Part shown: piece after piece, positions 25,907-39,315 of the stretch
Layout of the letters: every line of letters begins with the position of its first letter
Position numbering within the stretch: position 1 is the stretch's first letter
Assembly: GCF_009914755.1 (NCBI RefSeq)
Contig: NC_060926.1
Source: the human T2T-CHM13v2.0 reference genome, Homo sapiens
Reading direction: 5' to 3' (one strand)
Length of the DNA: 64,000 nt
The notes under the pieces: model-generated
What the model saw: only the letters and a program-made list of their open reading frames with translations
Databases searched by the model: none
What the model was told of the DNA's origin: nothing
Made by a program: the position numbers and the translations under genes

Positions 25907-28884
25907 CCCCAAGGTGGTAGATCAGAGGTTTTCAGCATGCCTCTGCCACTTGGAAATAGCAAGATGGTACATAAAGATCAACTCTGTGAGCTTTAATCCA
26001 AGAAGGAAATCAGGAGTCCACCAGAATCGCAAAGGACAACCCAGATCCCCAGGAGGAGAACCCGGCAAACAGTCCCTGTGATGGCATCTGCCAGATGAAA
26101 GTGAGCGAAGCCTCAGTACGAGAGAAATGCCGGGAGCCTCCCTCTGTGACTCACCTTTCCACTGGGCATTGGAGCAACACAGGCCAAGGGAGAGCATTTT
26201 GTTTCTACCAAGCTCTGGAGGTAACCTGGGGAGAGGCTTGGAGCGCTGTGAGGGACAGACACTGGGAAAAGCTGCAAACCTTTTCCCAGACCCGGAAACC
26301 AAGTGCAGGATACCATTTTGAATCCAGGTACGCACAAAGTTAGTTGTTCCTTGGCGGCTCGCATTTTAGTCTTCAGTCAAGGTTTGCAGTGTCTGCTCTG
26401 GGATGGGGTAGGGACCTCCACAGTCAGAATTGTGGAACACACCTCAGCAGTAGGCGCTGGAACTTTGCTCTCCTCTGTTGCAAGCCTGAGGCAGCAGGAG
26501 AGCAGCTACATCTGTAGCTTCTCCTGGGTGGTAAGACTTGCAGCCAGGTCCAGCTTGGTGACCTGGAACTGCTCTGTGTGTGCCCCAGCCTGCTGTCCTG
26601 ATATTATGGTGCAGTGGGACCCTCTCTGCTCCACCCCCAGGCAGAAATCCAGGCATGTGTAGGACCCTGGACCAGCAGCCTGAGCCACCCACCACTCCTG
26701 GACAGAGTGTGGGGTCCAGCCTGAGCCACCCTATCATTCCTGGACACAGAGTGTGGGGTCCAGCCTGAGCCACCCCATCATTCCTGGACACAGAGTGTGG
26801 GGTCCAGCCTGAGCCACCCCACCATTCCTGGACACAGAGTGTGGGGTCCAGCCTGAGCTACCCCACCATTCCTGGACACAGAGTGTGGGGTCCGGCCTGA
26901 GCCACCCCACCATTCCTGGACACAGAGTGTGGGGTCCAGCCTGAACCACCCCACCATTCCTGGACACAGAGTGTGGTGCAGCAGGACTCTTTCCACTTCA
27001 CACCTAAGCAGATCTCCAGATGTTCAGAGCCACCCCTCATCTGGATCAGCAGCCTGACACCCCATTTATCCTGCACAGAGGCCCTGGTACAGGGAGGCCC
27101 TCTCACTCCATGCCCAGGCAGCTCTCCAGGCATTTAGAATACCTCCTCACCTGGATCAGCAGACTGATCCACTGCACCTGTCCTGTGCAGAGATCCTGGT
27201 GCAGGGAAACCCTCTCCACTCCATGCCCGGGCAGATCTCCAGGCATCTAGTGGGCCCATTCTCCTGGATTAGAAGCTTAGGCTGTCCCCCAGCCCTATGC
27301 TGAGGACTTGGAGGCAAGGTGGTTTCCCAGCTCCATACCTAGGCATGCCTCTAGGCACTTGGTAGCCACCTACTGGATTCTCTCTCAGCACTCGTGCTTG
27401 TGCTTGCTAAGTGGACCTGGCTGGTCTGGCCTTGCCCATCATGGCCCCTACTCCAGGTGCAGAGCAAAGAGCTCAGGCCACTGCCCATTCCGTGGATCTG
27501 CCTTTTGGCTGTGGAAACAGAGAGCTTCTGCCTCTGTAAACAAGCATCCTGTAAACAAGAATCAAATATATACCCAGCCACGTGGGCTGCAGCAGGCTCT
27601 TACCTGCAAGTACCACCTACGGGCTTACAGGTTGAACTGCACAGCCCCATATAAAACCTGCCAAAAGAAGTGCACAGGGCTATAGAAGCAAAGCCAAGAC
27701 CCCTCTAGCATTATCTATGTCACACCCCTTAGGGAGGGGGAAAAAGAGAAAGAAAAAAAAAAAGCAATACTATTACAAGGAAAGAAAGAAAAAGGGAAAC
27801 TTCTACCTGCATGAAAATAATTACAAAATCGAGAAGTGCCAGTGTTTCCAGATGAGAAGGAGCCAGCACAAGAATTCTGGCACCAGAATTATTGGTGGAT
27901 AGGGGCCACGATGGGCGGGGCCAGACCAGCCAGGTCCATCTGGCAAAATCTTCAAGTAATGATACCACCAAAAGATTGCACTAGCTCTGCAGCAATACAC
28001 CCCAACCAAAATGGAAACTCAGAAACGACAGATAAAGAATCAAGGCATAGATTGCAAGGAAGCTCAATGAGATCCAAGACGAAGTTGAAAACCAACACAA
28101 ACTTCTAAAGCAATCCAGGAAATGAAGGAAGAGATAAACATCTTAAAAAGAGATCAGTCAGAGCTTCCGGAATTGAAAAACTCACTTAAGGAATTTCAAA
28201 ATACAATTAAAAATTTCATTAATAGTACCAAGCAGAAAAAAGAATTTCAGAGCTTGAAGACTAGTCCTTTGAACTAACCCAATCAGACCAGAATAAAGAA
28301 AAAAGAGTTTTTTTAAAAAACAGCCTTTGAGAAATATGGAATTATGTAAAGTGACCAAATCCATGAATTGTTGGCATTCCTGAAAGAGAAGGAGATAAAG
28401 TAAACAACCTGAAAAAAGTAGTTGAGGCAATAATTCAAGAAAATTTTCCTAATCTTGCTAGACAGGTAAACATCCAGATATAAGAAGTTCAGAGAACATC
28501 TCTGAGATACTTATACAAAATTAATATCTCCAAGGCATATAGTCACCAGACTGTCCAAGGTCAATGGTAAAGAAAAAATTTCAAAGGTAGCTAGAGAAAA
28601 AGGTCAGATTACATACAAATGGAGCTCCATCAGACTAACAGTGGAGTTCTCAGCAGAGACTGAGACTACTAGGGCTTGTATGCTGCCTTCTCCAGGCTGT
28701 AGAGTTAGTGGGAGGGGACAGAGAAGGGCAAGGATTTTAAAACTAACTATTGGGTACTATGCTCAGTACCTGGTGATGGGATCACTGATACCCCAAACCT
28801 CAGCATCATGCCATATACCTAGGTAACAAACCTGTATATGTACCCTCTGAATCTAAAAGTTAAAAAGCGAACAAACAAACAAAA
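25907..28884 (+). mobile_element. L1PA16-like LINE-1: 5'UTR, decayed ORF1 and 3' end, with ORF2 missing
   Basis: Starts caaggtggtagatcagagg. 5'UTR has ~110-bp subrepeats. ORF1 remnant at ~27850-28660 (cagatgagaaggagccagcacaag...catcagactaacagtggagttctcagcaga). Then the 3' terminus actattgggtactatgctcagtacctgg...ccccaaacctcagcatcatg...ctgaatctaaaa. Confidence 0.85.
26675..26977 (+). repeat. 44-bp minisatellite (~7 copies) inside the L1 5'UTR
   Basis: Unit CCAGCCTGAGCCACCCCACCATTCCTGGACACAGAGTGTGGGGT starts at 26716, 26760, 26804, 26848, 26892 and 26936, preceded by a shorter first copy. Confidence 0.97.
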
Positions 28885-29264
28885 TATAACCTGATAAATG
28901 GTTTTCTAAAGTTTCCTCCAGAGAGGAAACTTGCACCAGAGCTCTGTTATCTATTCTGTTATTCATTATTTTAAAATAAAAGCCACTTTCTTTTAGTATC
29001 AATGCTGCTTCTGTGCATTATTTACTATTATTTTAATTAATCCAATTTGACCTACTGGAACTTCCAGTGAGTACACTGTGGGCACCAATTCACTTACTTT
29101 TTCCGTTGATATCTAAGGATACCTAATGACTATCATCTTGGAGATCCAAAGATGAAACCGTCTCTAGTCCTCAGAGAACTTCCAGTGTAAGTCAAGAAAA
29201 CAGCCTTGTGAAAAAGTAGATACATAAATAAAGTGTCATAGATATTGTGATGGATTAGAAGGAA

Positions 29265-30015
<751 letters not shown>

Positions 30016-30937
30016 AGGTGCAATGAACTATGAGGATAGCATGAAGGTGCTGAAAGGCAGATGGTAGTATAGGAAGGAATATCCAAGAAAAAAGGAGTAG
30101 AGGGGAAGGCATAGATAGAGGCATGAAAAAGAATTAAGTTATTTATGGCTGGACCTTGCAATTGGAAGTCAGGCCCATGCTGAGAGACGAGGATGTGGGG
30201 GAGGGCATGGTCCAGCCCTGGCAAGCCCGGTGGTGATGCTGGGCACATGTGCTGCCTTCTCCAGGCCGTTTAGAGCTGCTGCTGCTGTGTGAAGCTGGGG
30301 AGAGGCGGGATCAGGGTTGATGTCAGAATGGTGACTTTGTCAGCTTGGGAAGAGTTGTTGAGTGTGGGTGGGGATGAGATGATGACAGCAGATTCAAGGA
30401 GAAAAGTGACAAGAGCCTGTGTTCTGGCAGCAGCAGAGGTGATGGAGGGATTGTTAGGAACCGGTCACCCCATCTGCTGGGGTGAGGGGAGAGTGTGTGG
30501 GAGCAGGAGGAAGCTAGGATGATGCCAGAGACAGGACACAGGGCACAGTGAGAAGTGACTAGCCTTTCATGGGACGAAGGCACTGGAGGAGGAAGAACGT
30601 GAGGGTGGTGTGTGGTGGGTGGTGATAATGGTGTGGGCAAAACAAGCCCGGTCTTTCAAGCATTGAGTCTGTGGCTTCTGGGAGACATCTGGGTAGAGCT
30701 CTGCAGGAAGTCATTTCATATATTCTCCCTCCCTCCCTCCATTTCCTTCTTTCCTTCATCCATCTTTCTTTCCTTCCTTCTTTCAGTGAAGATTTATTAA
30801 GGCTTAACATATACTAAACATATGCTAAAATTCAAACGTACCCTGATAAAAAAGTGAGATGTTGTTTCTGCTTAATATTCAATGTTGGATCTCAGGAGAA
30901 AAGTAAAGATCAGAAATATACATTTGGAGGTCCTCAG

Positions 30938-31009
30938 TGTGTCTGCATGTGTGTCTGTATAGATATATACACACACACATAATGTATGGATACACACACA
31001 CAGGTATAG

Positions 31010-31040
<31 letters not shown>
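30938..31040. repeat. (TG)/(CA)n microsatellite
   Basis: Read directly. Confidence 0.9.
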
Positions 31041-31042
<2 letters not shown>

Positions 31043-32339
31043 ATGGAAACCTTGGAACTCTGCAAGGTTCTCCAGGGATAGCACACTATGTGATGATAGG
31101 AAAAGAGAGGCAAGGATAGATTCCTGAGGACCAGAAACCTACAGAGAAAGAGAAGCTCCTGCGGAAGAGAAGAGAGAAGGAGAGGTCAGCAGACTAGGAG
31201 AACCCTGTAGGGAAAGGAATTCAAGTTAGCTGCAAGCTGAGGCCACTGTGCCGCACATGGCAGTCCATTGGTAAGCCTCGTTATTTCACCCACAGTGAGG
31301 ATTGATGGAAAGTGAGGAAGCGCCGTCATTGAATGCAGCGGCTTCTTTTAAGGAATTCAGCAGTGAGGAGGGTAAGGCAGTGACTAGAAAAAGAGACAGT
31401 GACGATTAACTTGTTCTGGTGCAAACAAGAAAGCTGGTGCTGTAAGAAATACAACAGGGCCCAGCCTTGAGGCACCTGATCTGGCACAGAATGTTAACCC
31501 TTACAGCACTGGCTAGGCTCTCCAGGAAGATGCTTTCCACTCTGTGCCCAGAGTTCATGGATTTAGTTCCCTCAGCTGTTGGTAGCGTCATATTCATCAC
31601 TCTGTTGTTCCCATTCTCTCTATACCTTTGTCCACAGATATTGCATCTCAGTTTACTCTCTCCAACATTTACCCTTCACCTTGATACATGTTCCTAAATC
31701 TGCTTCTCTCCTCTGCCTCCCTCCTTCCGACATTTTCATCTTTCCACGGTGCTCAGTCTTGTTGACCAAACCTCTACCTTATCTGCTCATGACTTAACCA
31801 AGCCTTCCCCTCAGTTTCTCCTGAGTTACTCCCACTGACCCACCTCATGAAAGAGGTCAGAAAAATTAAAAAAAAAAAAGAAGACAACTAATTTCCTCTA
31901 GCTACAGAGACTCAGCAGCGTATTTTCATTTATTAATAATTAATTAAATGTTTTCTTGGTAAAGGTTGTTTTTGCAAAGGGCTTCTGATGTTCCCTGTAT
32001 ATCTGTGAGACAAGTTTAATAGCAGCAATTTTTTCTACTTTAAGGCTTTATAAATCAAGACTTAAAAAATTAGTAGGATAGTAGCCAATAGGATCTGGGG
32101 TTTCTAATTCTCAGGCCAGGATTCTTTCCTTTTTCCATAACAGGGGCTTGTTCACCAGAGGGGAGCCAGGAAAGGGACACGATGTGTCCTGGTAGGAAGG
32201 CTCAAGGGCTCATAGCCAGGCCCCTTGAGAACACGTTGATACCACCCATTTTTCCAAAGAAGATTCAACCTCCAACTGCAGCTTCGGACACGTGATGAGA
32301 GCGTAAGGATTTATTTCGGAGAAACAAACAAGGAGATGC

Positions 32340-33070
32340 CAAGGGTGATTTTGACATTTTAGAATATGTGCTAGGAGAGTTTGACATCTGTGACCTCAAT
32401 AATTGGAAGGTTTCACCATGCTGTGAAGGGGTGGGGGCCGGCAGGCAGCACCTGTCAGATACCATGTCAGGATTGATAAATGCGTGACTTGGTGCTCTGT
32501 CAAAATGCTCATGTTCGCTGGGCGTGATCTCTCTTGCTCATGGAACATGGTTGCACCATCTGCTCACTTTGGAAGCACAATCTTGAGCCCATATCCCATG
32601 CCCAAGCCCGGCCTGAGACTTGCCCTAACATGGAGAGGACGCATGTGTGTACAAAGACACCAGGCTCTGATCCCTGTGGGCACACAGCCTTAGGGCTTCG
32701 GGACGTGGGCGAATTGCTCGTGTCCGGCTGTGGTCCTGAGTTCTGATAAATCACCTCTGCTGTCCCCACCATCCATTCAGGGATAGCTCTGGCCTTGGTT
32801 GACTGCTGATGTTTTTATAATGCGCCTTCCTTACGGCAGATTGGGATCAGAAAGCAGGCTGTTAAATGCCCTTTGTTTCTCTTCAAACAAGGTTCTTTTA
32901 AAAATCATCACTCTCATCAAACCAGGGCTGGTGTCTCTGCCTGGCAGAGCCAACCGTGACCGCCGTCGGCATGGGTATTCTATCAATCCAGTCCCGCTCG
33001 CTGTCAGCTGCAGGGGTCCCAGGCTCAGTGTCAGGAGGAGGAGGGGATGAGGCTCTTGATTAATGTTTAA
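32340..33070. promoter_or_regulatory. Candidate developmental enhancer (PBX-HOX/MEIS motif cluster)
   Basis: TGATNNAT at 32474, 32744 and 33057. CTGTCA at 32452, 32497 and 33001. Unique, CpG-retaining sequence. Motif evidence only. Confidence 0.35.
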
Positions 33071-33792
33071 GTCCTTCAAGTACTCTGTCTTTGTGTCTAA
33101 GAAGCACCAGTGCATTGCGGGGATGATGAGGTGGAATCCTTGGCTGTAATTAGTTGAGGACTCAGTTCTGACCAGTGGCAGGGGGACATCTCCTGGAACG
33201 GCCTCAGGGCTCTAGAAACCCACAGACCCGGCTCCTGTGCCAATTACGCCATTGACTTCCCAGTAACTGTGGGAACGTTATCAAAGCTCTGAGCCTCAAT
33301 TTCTCCCTCAAGAAAAAGGATTGTTTCCGATCTGTGGAATAACGAAAACGTTATGAAATTACCTCTCCTGATGCTTGGCTTCTAATTCAATAAATGCTGT
33401 TTTCCTGAGTTCAGGTTCCTTAATATCAGAGGATTTCTAGTATAGTAGCAAGCATAAATTAAGTTAGGAGGGTGAAGTACTCTACTATGTGACATAAGCT
33501 TATCACATGCTTATAATTGATGTGGTGACCATTTTCTTCTGTGCCCCAAATCTTAAACGTTAACAATCAGGAGGTCCTTTTAGGGACAATGGTGAAAAGT
33601 GCGTTATAAGAGCATGACTGAGAAGATCCGGGTCCTGACCCTAGATTGGAGCTTCTGTGCTGAGGTGGGGATCCTGGCTTCAGTACGTTGACCCATAGCC
33701 ACCTAAACTTGAACACTTCCAATGCCAGGCAATTTACTATTGCATGATAGAGCCAAAAATATCTGTGCTGACTCACAGTGCTTTGATGGTTC

Positions 33793-34010
33793 TTTGCAGT
33801 TGGCAAACTTTTTCTGCAAAGGGCCAGATAGTAAATATGTTTGGCTTTGAGGGCCATCTAGACCCTGTCACAGCTACCCCATTCTGCTGCTGTGGCACGG
33901 ATGAAGCCAGGGATGACACCTAAACCGATGGGTGTGGGTGGGCCCCAGTAAAACTCCATTCACCAAGTTCAAAGGTAGGCTGGATTCGGTCACATGGCTG
34001 TGTAAACACC
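33793..34010 (+). mobile_element. MER58A hAT-Charlie element
   Basis: gttggcaaactttttctgcaaagggccagatagtaaatat...cagtaaaactccattcac. Confidence 0.85.
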
Positions 34011-35964
34011 AGTGAATTGTTACGTATATTAGGAAGGTACATATTTTATTTGTCCTAGCTGCAATTTTGAGAATAAGTATATAAGAAAAACTGAGGCAAT
34101 TATCGTCTGTTTTCTGAGGCTCTCTAACAATGTTCCTCCTTCCCTCCAGATACAGTGAGAAATCTAAGCTGTGCTGTCTTCTTTCAGCTCCACGATACAC
34201 TGTGTGTGCATGTTTTTCAGGTGATGAGATTCTTAGTTTTTTAAACCAAGGATGATAATGATCATTACTATCCATTTTTAGAACCAAATGTAGAAATTTG
34301 TTTAACATATTTTAAAAGACATGTTGTCTATAACTTGGGAATGAGAAGTAGTATGTTCTTATACTAGTGAAAGGAGGGAGATCAGTGGGATACCATTTTA
34401 TTTAAGACTAAGGTAAAAGATCTATGTTTGTTTATTGATATCTTGAGATAATTTTGTAAAACAGCCTTGAGTTTAGTAATTCAGAGCCTTTTCTCCCGAG
34501 TGGAAGTCGGAGAATGTTCCCTGCTCCACGCTGTGAGCTGGTGTCCAGTTGGATCTCTGATCCCACTCACAGCTGAGGTCGCCCTCAATGTGGTTTGCTC
34601 TGAAAACAAGGAGACTGAGGAGTCAGCCAACCTGAGTAGAAGGTGGGCCCCAGGACTGGGGGTCTAGTTTGACCCCGTGTCTCTGCATCCTATGCCTTTC
34701 ACTGCCTGCGATCACCATCAGGGTTCAGCAGAGGTGGGAGGGAAACTGACAAGACTCAGGGGGCAAGTCTCCCTTCACCATAAGGAAGGCCTGACACTCA
34801 GGTCAGCCCGAGCTAGATGATGTCATTGGTCCTCTCTTGTTCTCCATAGCCTTCCGTAGATGGGACAGGGGTCGGAGATGGGCAAGGAGTGGCTCCCTCT
34901 GCTCCCTTGCTCGGGGCTGCTGTCTGGGCTCTGACTGAGTGCCCGTCTGCTGGGCCACTGCTCTGAGTGACACCTCTGCGCTGTATTTTGTTCCCTTTGA
35001 GCCTTGGCTGCTCAGGATCAGGCTGCTGCTGCTGCCTCAGTAGAAGGCGTGCTCCCCCAGGAGTCCTGAGCAAAGGGTTCTCTCTCCAGTGTTGATTCCT
35101 TGAAAAGGGGTTCTGAGGGACAACGTCCTGGACTCCCGAGTGTAGCCGCTCTCTTTGCTTCACACAGTCACAGTCCTTCTCCTCTGGCAGTGCACACTGT
35201 TTTTGGACAGTGCCTGGTTTGTCTGTCTTGGTCTTTATTCAGGAGAGAATCCTCTCCTGAGTAGTGCCTGGCCTGTCCCCAGCTCCTTTGTTCAGCTCAG
35301 TATGCTCAGATCCTTCCCCGATCTCCACTCCACAGAACCCCCCAGCAGGGTCTCAACGCCCCCCCACCACACACACGCTGGACTGCTTTTCTCCAGAAGT
35401 TTTTCCACTTCCCATGACACAGCCTTTGAGATAAGCAGACAGATGCAAACAGAACTGGGGAAGGGGTGGTGGCCCCCTCACGGGCGCAGTCTGGAAACCA
35501 TCATTTTACAACTGGAAGGAAGCAGACCTCAAAATGCCAGCATTTATAAGGATTTTTTTCTGCATTGCCATGTTATATCACTGCTAAGATTCCTTGGAAA
35601 AAGAAGGAGCAAAATAAATAATTAATGAAATTGCCGTAAGTTGTTTGCACTGTTTCTAAAGAAGATCCAGATGAAGGAAGCACACATTTTGTTGGGCAGG
35701 TACGTGCTGGGATGAACACAGACTGACACGGGATATGCAGAACTCATCCCTAGTACTGTGTGACGGGGAACACTGTGGCCTCCACTGAGAATCAGACATG
35801 TTCCAATCTGCTTCATAATGAAAATCACACACTGAGCCACCGAGGGGGTAGCTTTTAGCGGTGCAGCGATTTGGAACTTGAAGCCTGGCTCAAGTGTTCT
35901 AGTCCTTCCTCTGGCTCTTCCTGGCATCGTGTGCTTGGGCATGTCAGCCACTGTAATCCCCTGT

Positions 35965-36334
<370 letters not shown>

Positions 36335-37346
36335 TGAAATGTAAAAGTACTTCATAATCTTGAAGGAGTTTCCCAAGTGTAAGACATTCTTATTATTGGT
36401 GACAGAGAAAGTTGGTTCTCAGGGATGACAAGCACTTGTCATATATTCAGCCACCATGGAGCATGGGATAGTGATGGAAAAAGCACGTGCCCTGTTCCCA
36501 ATAAGTCCAAGGTCTAGCAAAAGTGTGGGGCACAGAACATGTTTCTACACAGCTAAATGCAATCACTGTAAAGAGTGCTGTAATAAAGGCTTCCACTCAA
36601 CACCATGGGAGCTGAGAAAGAGGCAAAGTGGCGCATGAGACGGAACCGGTTATTGCAGCCCGATATAGAAGTCCAATGCTGGTTTCACCACTTAGAAGTG
36701 AGGCGGCTTTGGATAATTCCACAAGCCTCTGTGAGGTTCATTTTCCTCAAATGTGAGATAAGAATGGCAAGTAAAATATATTTCAGCATCGTTGTTGTGA
36801 AAGAGAGATGACATATACCAAGAACCTAGTAGCTTCTGCAAATACAGTAGGGACGATGACGCCTGCCCATCATGGGCAGAGATGGGGGTTAAGGAGAAAA
36901 TCTCTACACAGAGGCAAGAAATCTGCACTGGGTTTTGAAGTATGCCTATGAGTTCACCATGTCCAAGAAACAATGTGAGCCCCTCCAAGTAGTACCTAAG
37001 AATGTGCATGGCAATTGTAGGACTTACAGCAGTTGTATGGAGTGGTGCCAGGGGACCTGGGGCAGAGGCCAGGCCATGAGCCCCAGAATACCAGGTTAAG
37101 GACTTCAACTTGACTCTCAGAAAGTCATACTTCTGGTAGGAGAGATCTGCCAGTTCAGTGATGTTTTCATAAGATTTTGATATTCTACTATTTTAACTCT
37201 TCCTCTCCACTCTCCTAGCTTCTTGCTCAGAAGAATGTTGTCAAGGGGTAAAAAATGAGCAGCATTTATTTTCTGCCTTTCACAAGTTCTTAATACTCCT
37301 GGGGAAAAATTGCCTTGTGTGGAAATAGCTGCTGATGAACCCAGGT

Positions 37347-37470
37347 TTGTGTGTGTGTGTGTGTGTGCGTGTGTGCACGTGCACATGTATTTGCGTGGGT
37401 GTGAATGTGCCTGTATGAATGTGTGGGGGAGTGTTTGCATGTGTGTGCATGCATACATGCTTTAGTGTGT
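37347..37470. repeat. Degenerate (TG)n tract
   Basis: Read directly. Confidence 0.9.
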
Positions 37471-38209
37471 AGGGAAAATGTAGCAGGTTCCAGCCTTTCC
37501 TGCCTGGAGATTGATACCTGCTGTTCCCAGCTTGGAGCCGCCAAGTGGCTACGCCGGAGCAGCTGCTGGTGCCTGCCTCTTTGGAAGTATCTTGTGTCAC
37601 CCTTGTTGCAAGCCAGGTGGCTGCTGGTCTGCAGGGGTGGCTTTGCAGGATCTCATCCACTTCTGCCTTGCAAGGACACTCCTGCTGTGCCTCTCGGGGT
37701 GTGGTCCCATTAGCCCCGTTAGTGCTGTTAAACTCTCCAAAACAATGATGGAAAAATGACGCTTTCATTCTTTGGAGTAGGGGAGGTTAAAAAAATAAAC
37801 ACACTCTCTCCTCCCCGCAAATCAACCCACAGGTTGGGGCTTGGGGAAGTGCCAAGTAGGGATGGGAGCCATAGGCTTTGCATGAGCGTTGGGTGGGCTG
37901 GAGAAGTTCCTCACAGAAACACCCACACAAACACTTGTTTGTCACTCCATAATAAAATTCAAAGGTTGAGTGAACACTAGTAAGATCTTCTGCACCTGGG
38001 AAGAAAACATTATTCAAGTGAAATCTGAAATGACTTCAATAAGGCTACGTTGCTCTGGGCACCAATGTGTACTATACACGGCTTTGCTTCTTAGAGTCAG
38101 TTTCAAAATATGATTCAAGGCTACTTATCAAGCACCCATGAGTGTTTCTTCTGGAAGAAGACATCAAGGGAAGCAGTGAGGATTGAGCCAGGAAAGGGAT
38201 GCTGAGAAC

Positions 38210-38420
38210 ACATTTGCTGATCACCTTACATGTGCCAGGACCTGGCCTAGGCTATTTATTTACTGCCAGATTCTTACCATGCCACGCTCTATAATGTAGG
38301 TATTATCTCCATTTTATGGATAAGGAAACGAAAGCTGAGAAGGGAGGGAACCTTCCTAAGGTCATAGTAAGGGGAAGACTCCAAGTGCACTTAATGACTT
38401 TGGCTGACTCCCAGTCTTAT
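38210..38420 (-). mobile_element. MIR
   Basis: tgtgccagg...gtaggtattatctccattttatggataaggaaac...cctaaggtcatag. Confidence 0.7.
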
Positions 38421-39315
38421 ACTCTCCTCTATGTACAAGATTGTCTCCTTGAAAAATAATATTTATAGGAAAGGCAGTTTTGTGGAGGGCTGATGTTGTG
38501 TGCACTACTGTTACTCATCTACACTCCCATGAATGCATCTAGAAATGGAAAAGTAAGATCTCATTCATTTGTTGAGAGGGTGAGATAGGGTCCATAAAGA
38601 ATTTTTCCAGGTAGCCAAAACTTTACCTTTTTAAGATCTAGATTTAAAATTTAAAAATGTCTCTAATATCATGTTTTGGAAATAGATTATGTTCACCTAC
38701 CCATCTGCCCATTCATCCATTCATTATAAATACATTTACAAACATTTTATTTGTTTCCATTCATACATTGAAGGAGCAAATGAGGAAGCAAAATTATAAA
38801 GCAATGTGATTAGTGCTACAGCACTGAAACATAACATAAAATTTTCTTGAGCAAAATGTTATTTTAGTGGGTTCTAATGTATATCGCCACATAACCATGC
38901 TTGCCTTCTTCTGGGGTGCTAGACAATTGGTGGCCATGCCTCTAGTTTCCTAGTAAATCTCTCCAATTGTCCTTTTCCAATTCATTGCTTTAAATTTTCT
39001 TGAGTATCTCCTTGCTCATGTATAAAATGAAGTGATTAAATTGATCCTCAAACTGTGCCTGGCTGGCTGGGTAAAAAGCAGCTAGGCAGGTCATACAAAA
39101 CCCAAACTCAGAGCTTCTCAGTTAGTTAATTTGGGTGAGCTCAGCCCAGGGATTTGTAATTTGTTTATTATTTTCCCAAATGAGTCTGATGAGCTGTCAT
39201 ATTTTGGAACCCTTTCATTTGGTGAAATCATAATTACAGTACCATGACTGTACGTTCCCAGTATTTATTTGTGTGTGTGTTTAGAGAAACCAGTTCAATA
39301 AAGAATAATGATTAT

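Noticed and set aside
26675-26977. 44-bp array as a CRISPR array
   Set aside because: Units are head-to-tail with no unique spacers, no cas genes are present, and the array sits inside a primate L1.
27836-28660. L1 ORF1 as a functional CDS
   Set aside because: Multiple frameshifts and stops, an inverted insertion at the N-terminus and a truncated C-terminus.
34813-35625. 116-aa and 156-aa ORFs
   Set aside because: Non-ATG starts and no homology recognised. GC-rich composition explains them.
37117-37768. Cluster of overlapping ORFs
   Set aside because: Driven by the TG/CA repeat (HTHT and VCVC peptides) and GC-rich flanks.
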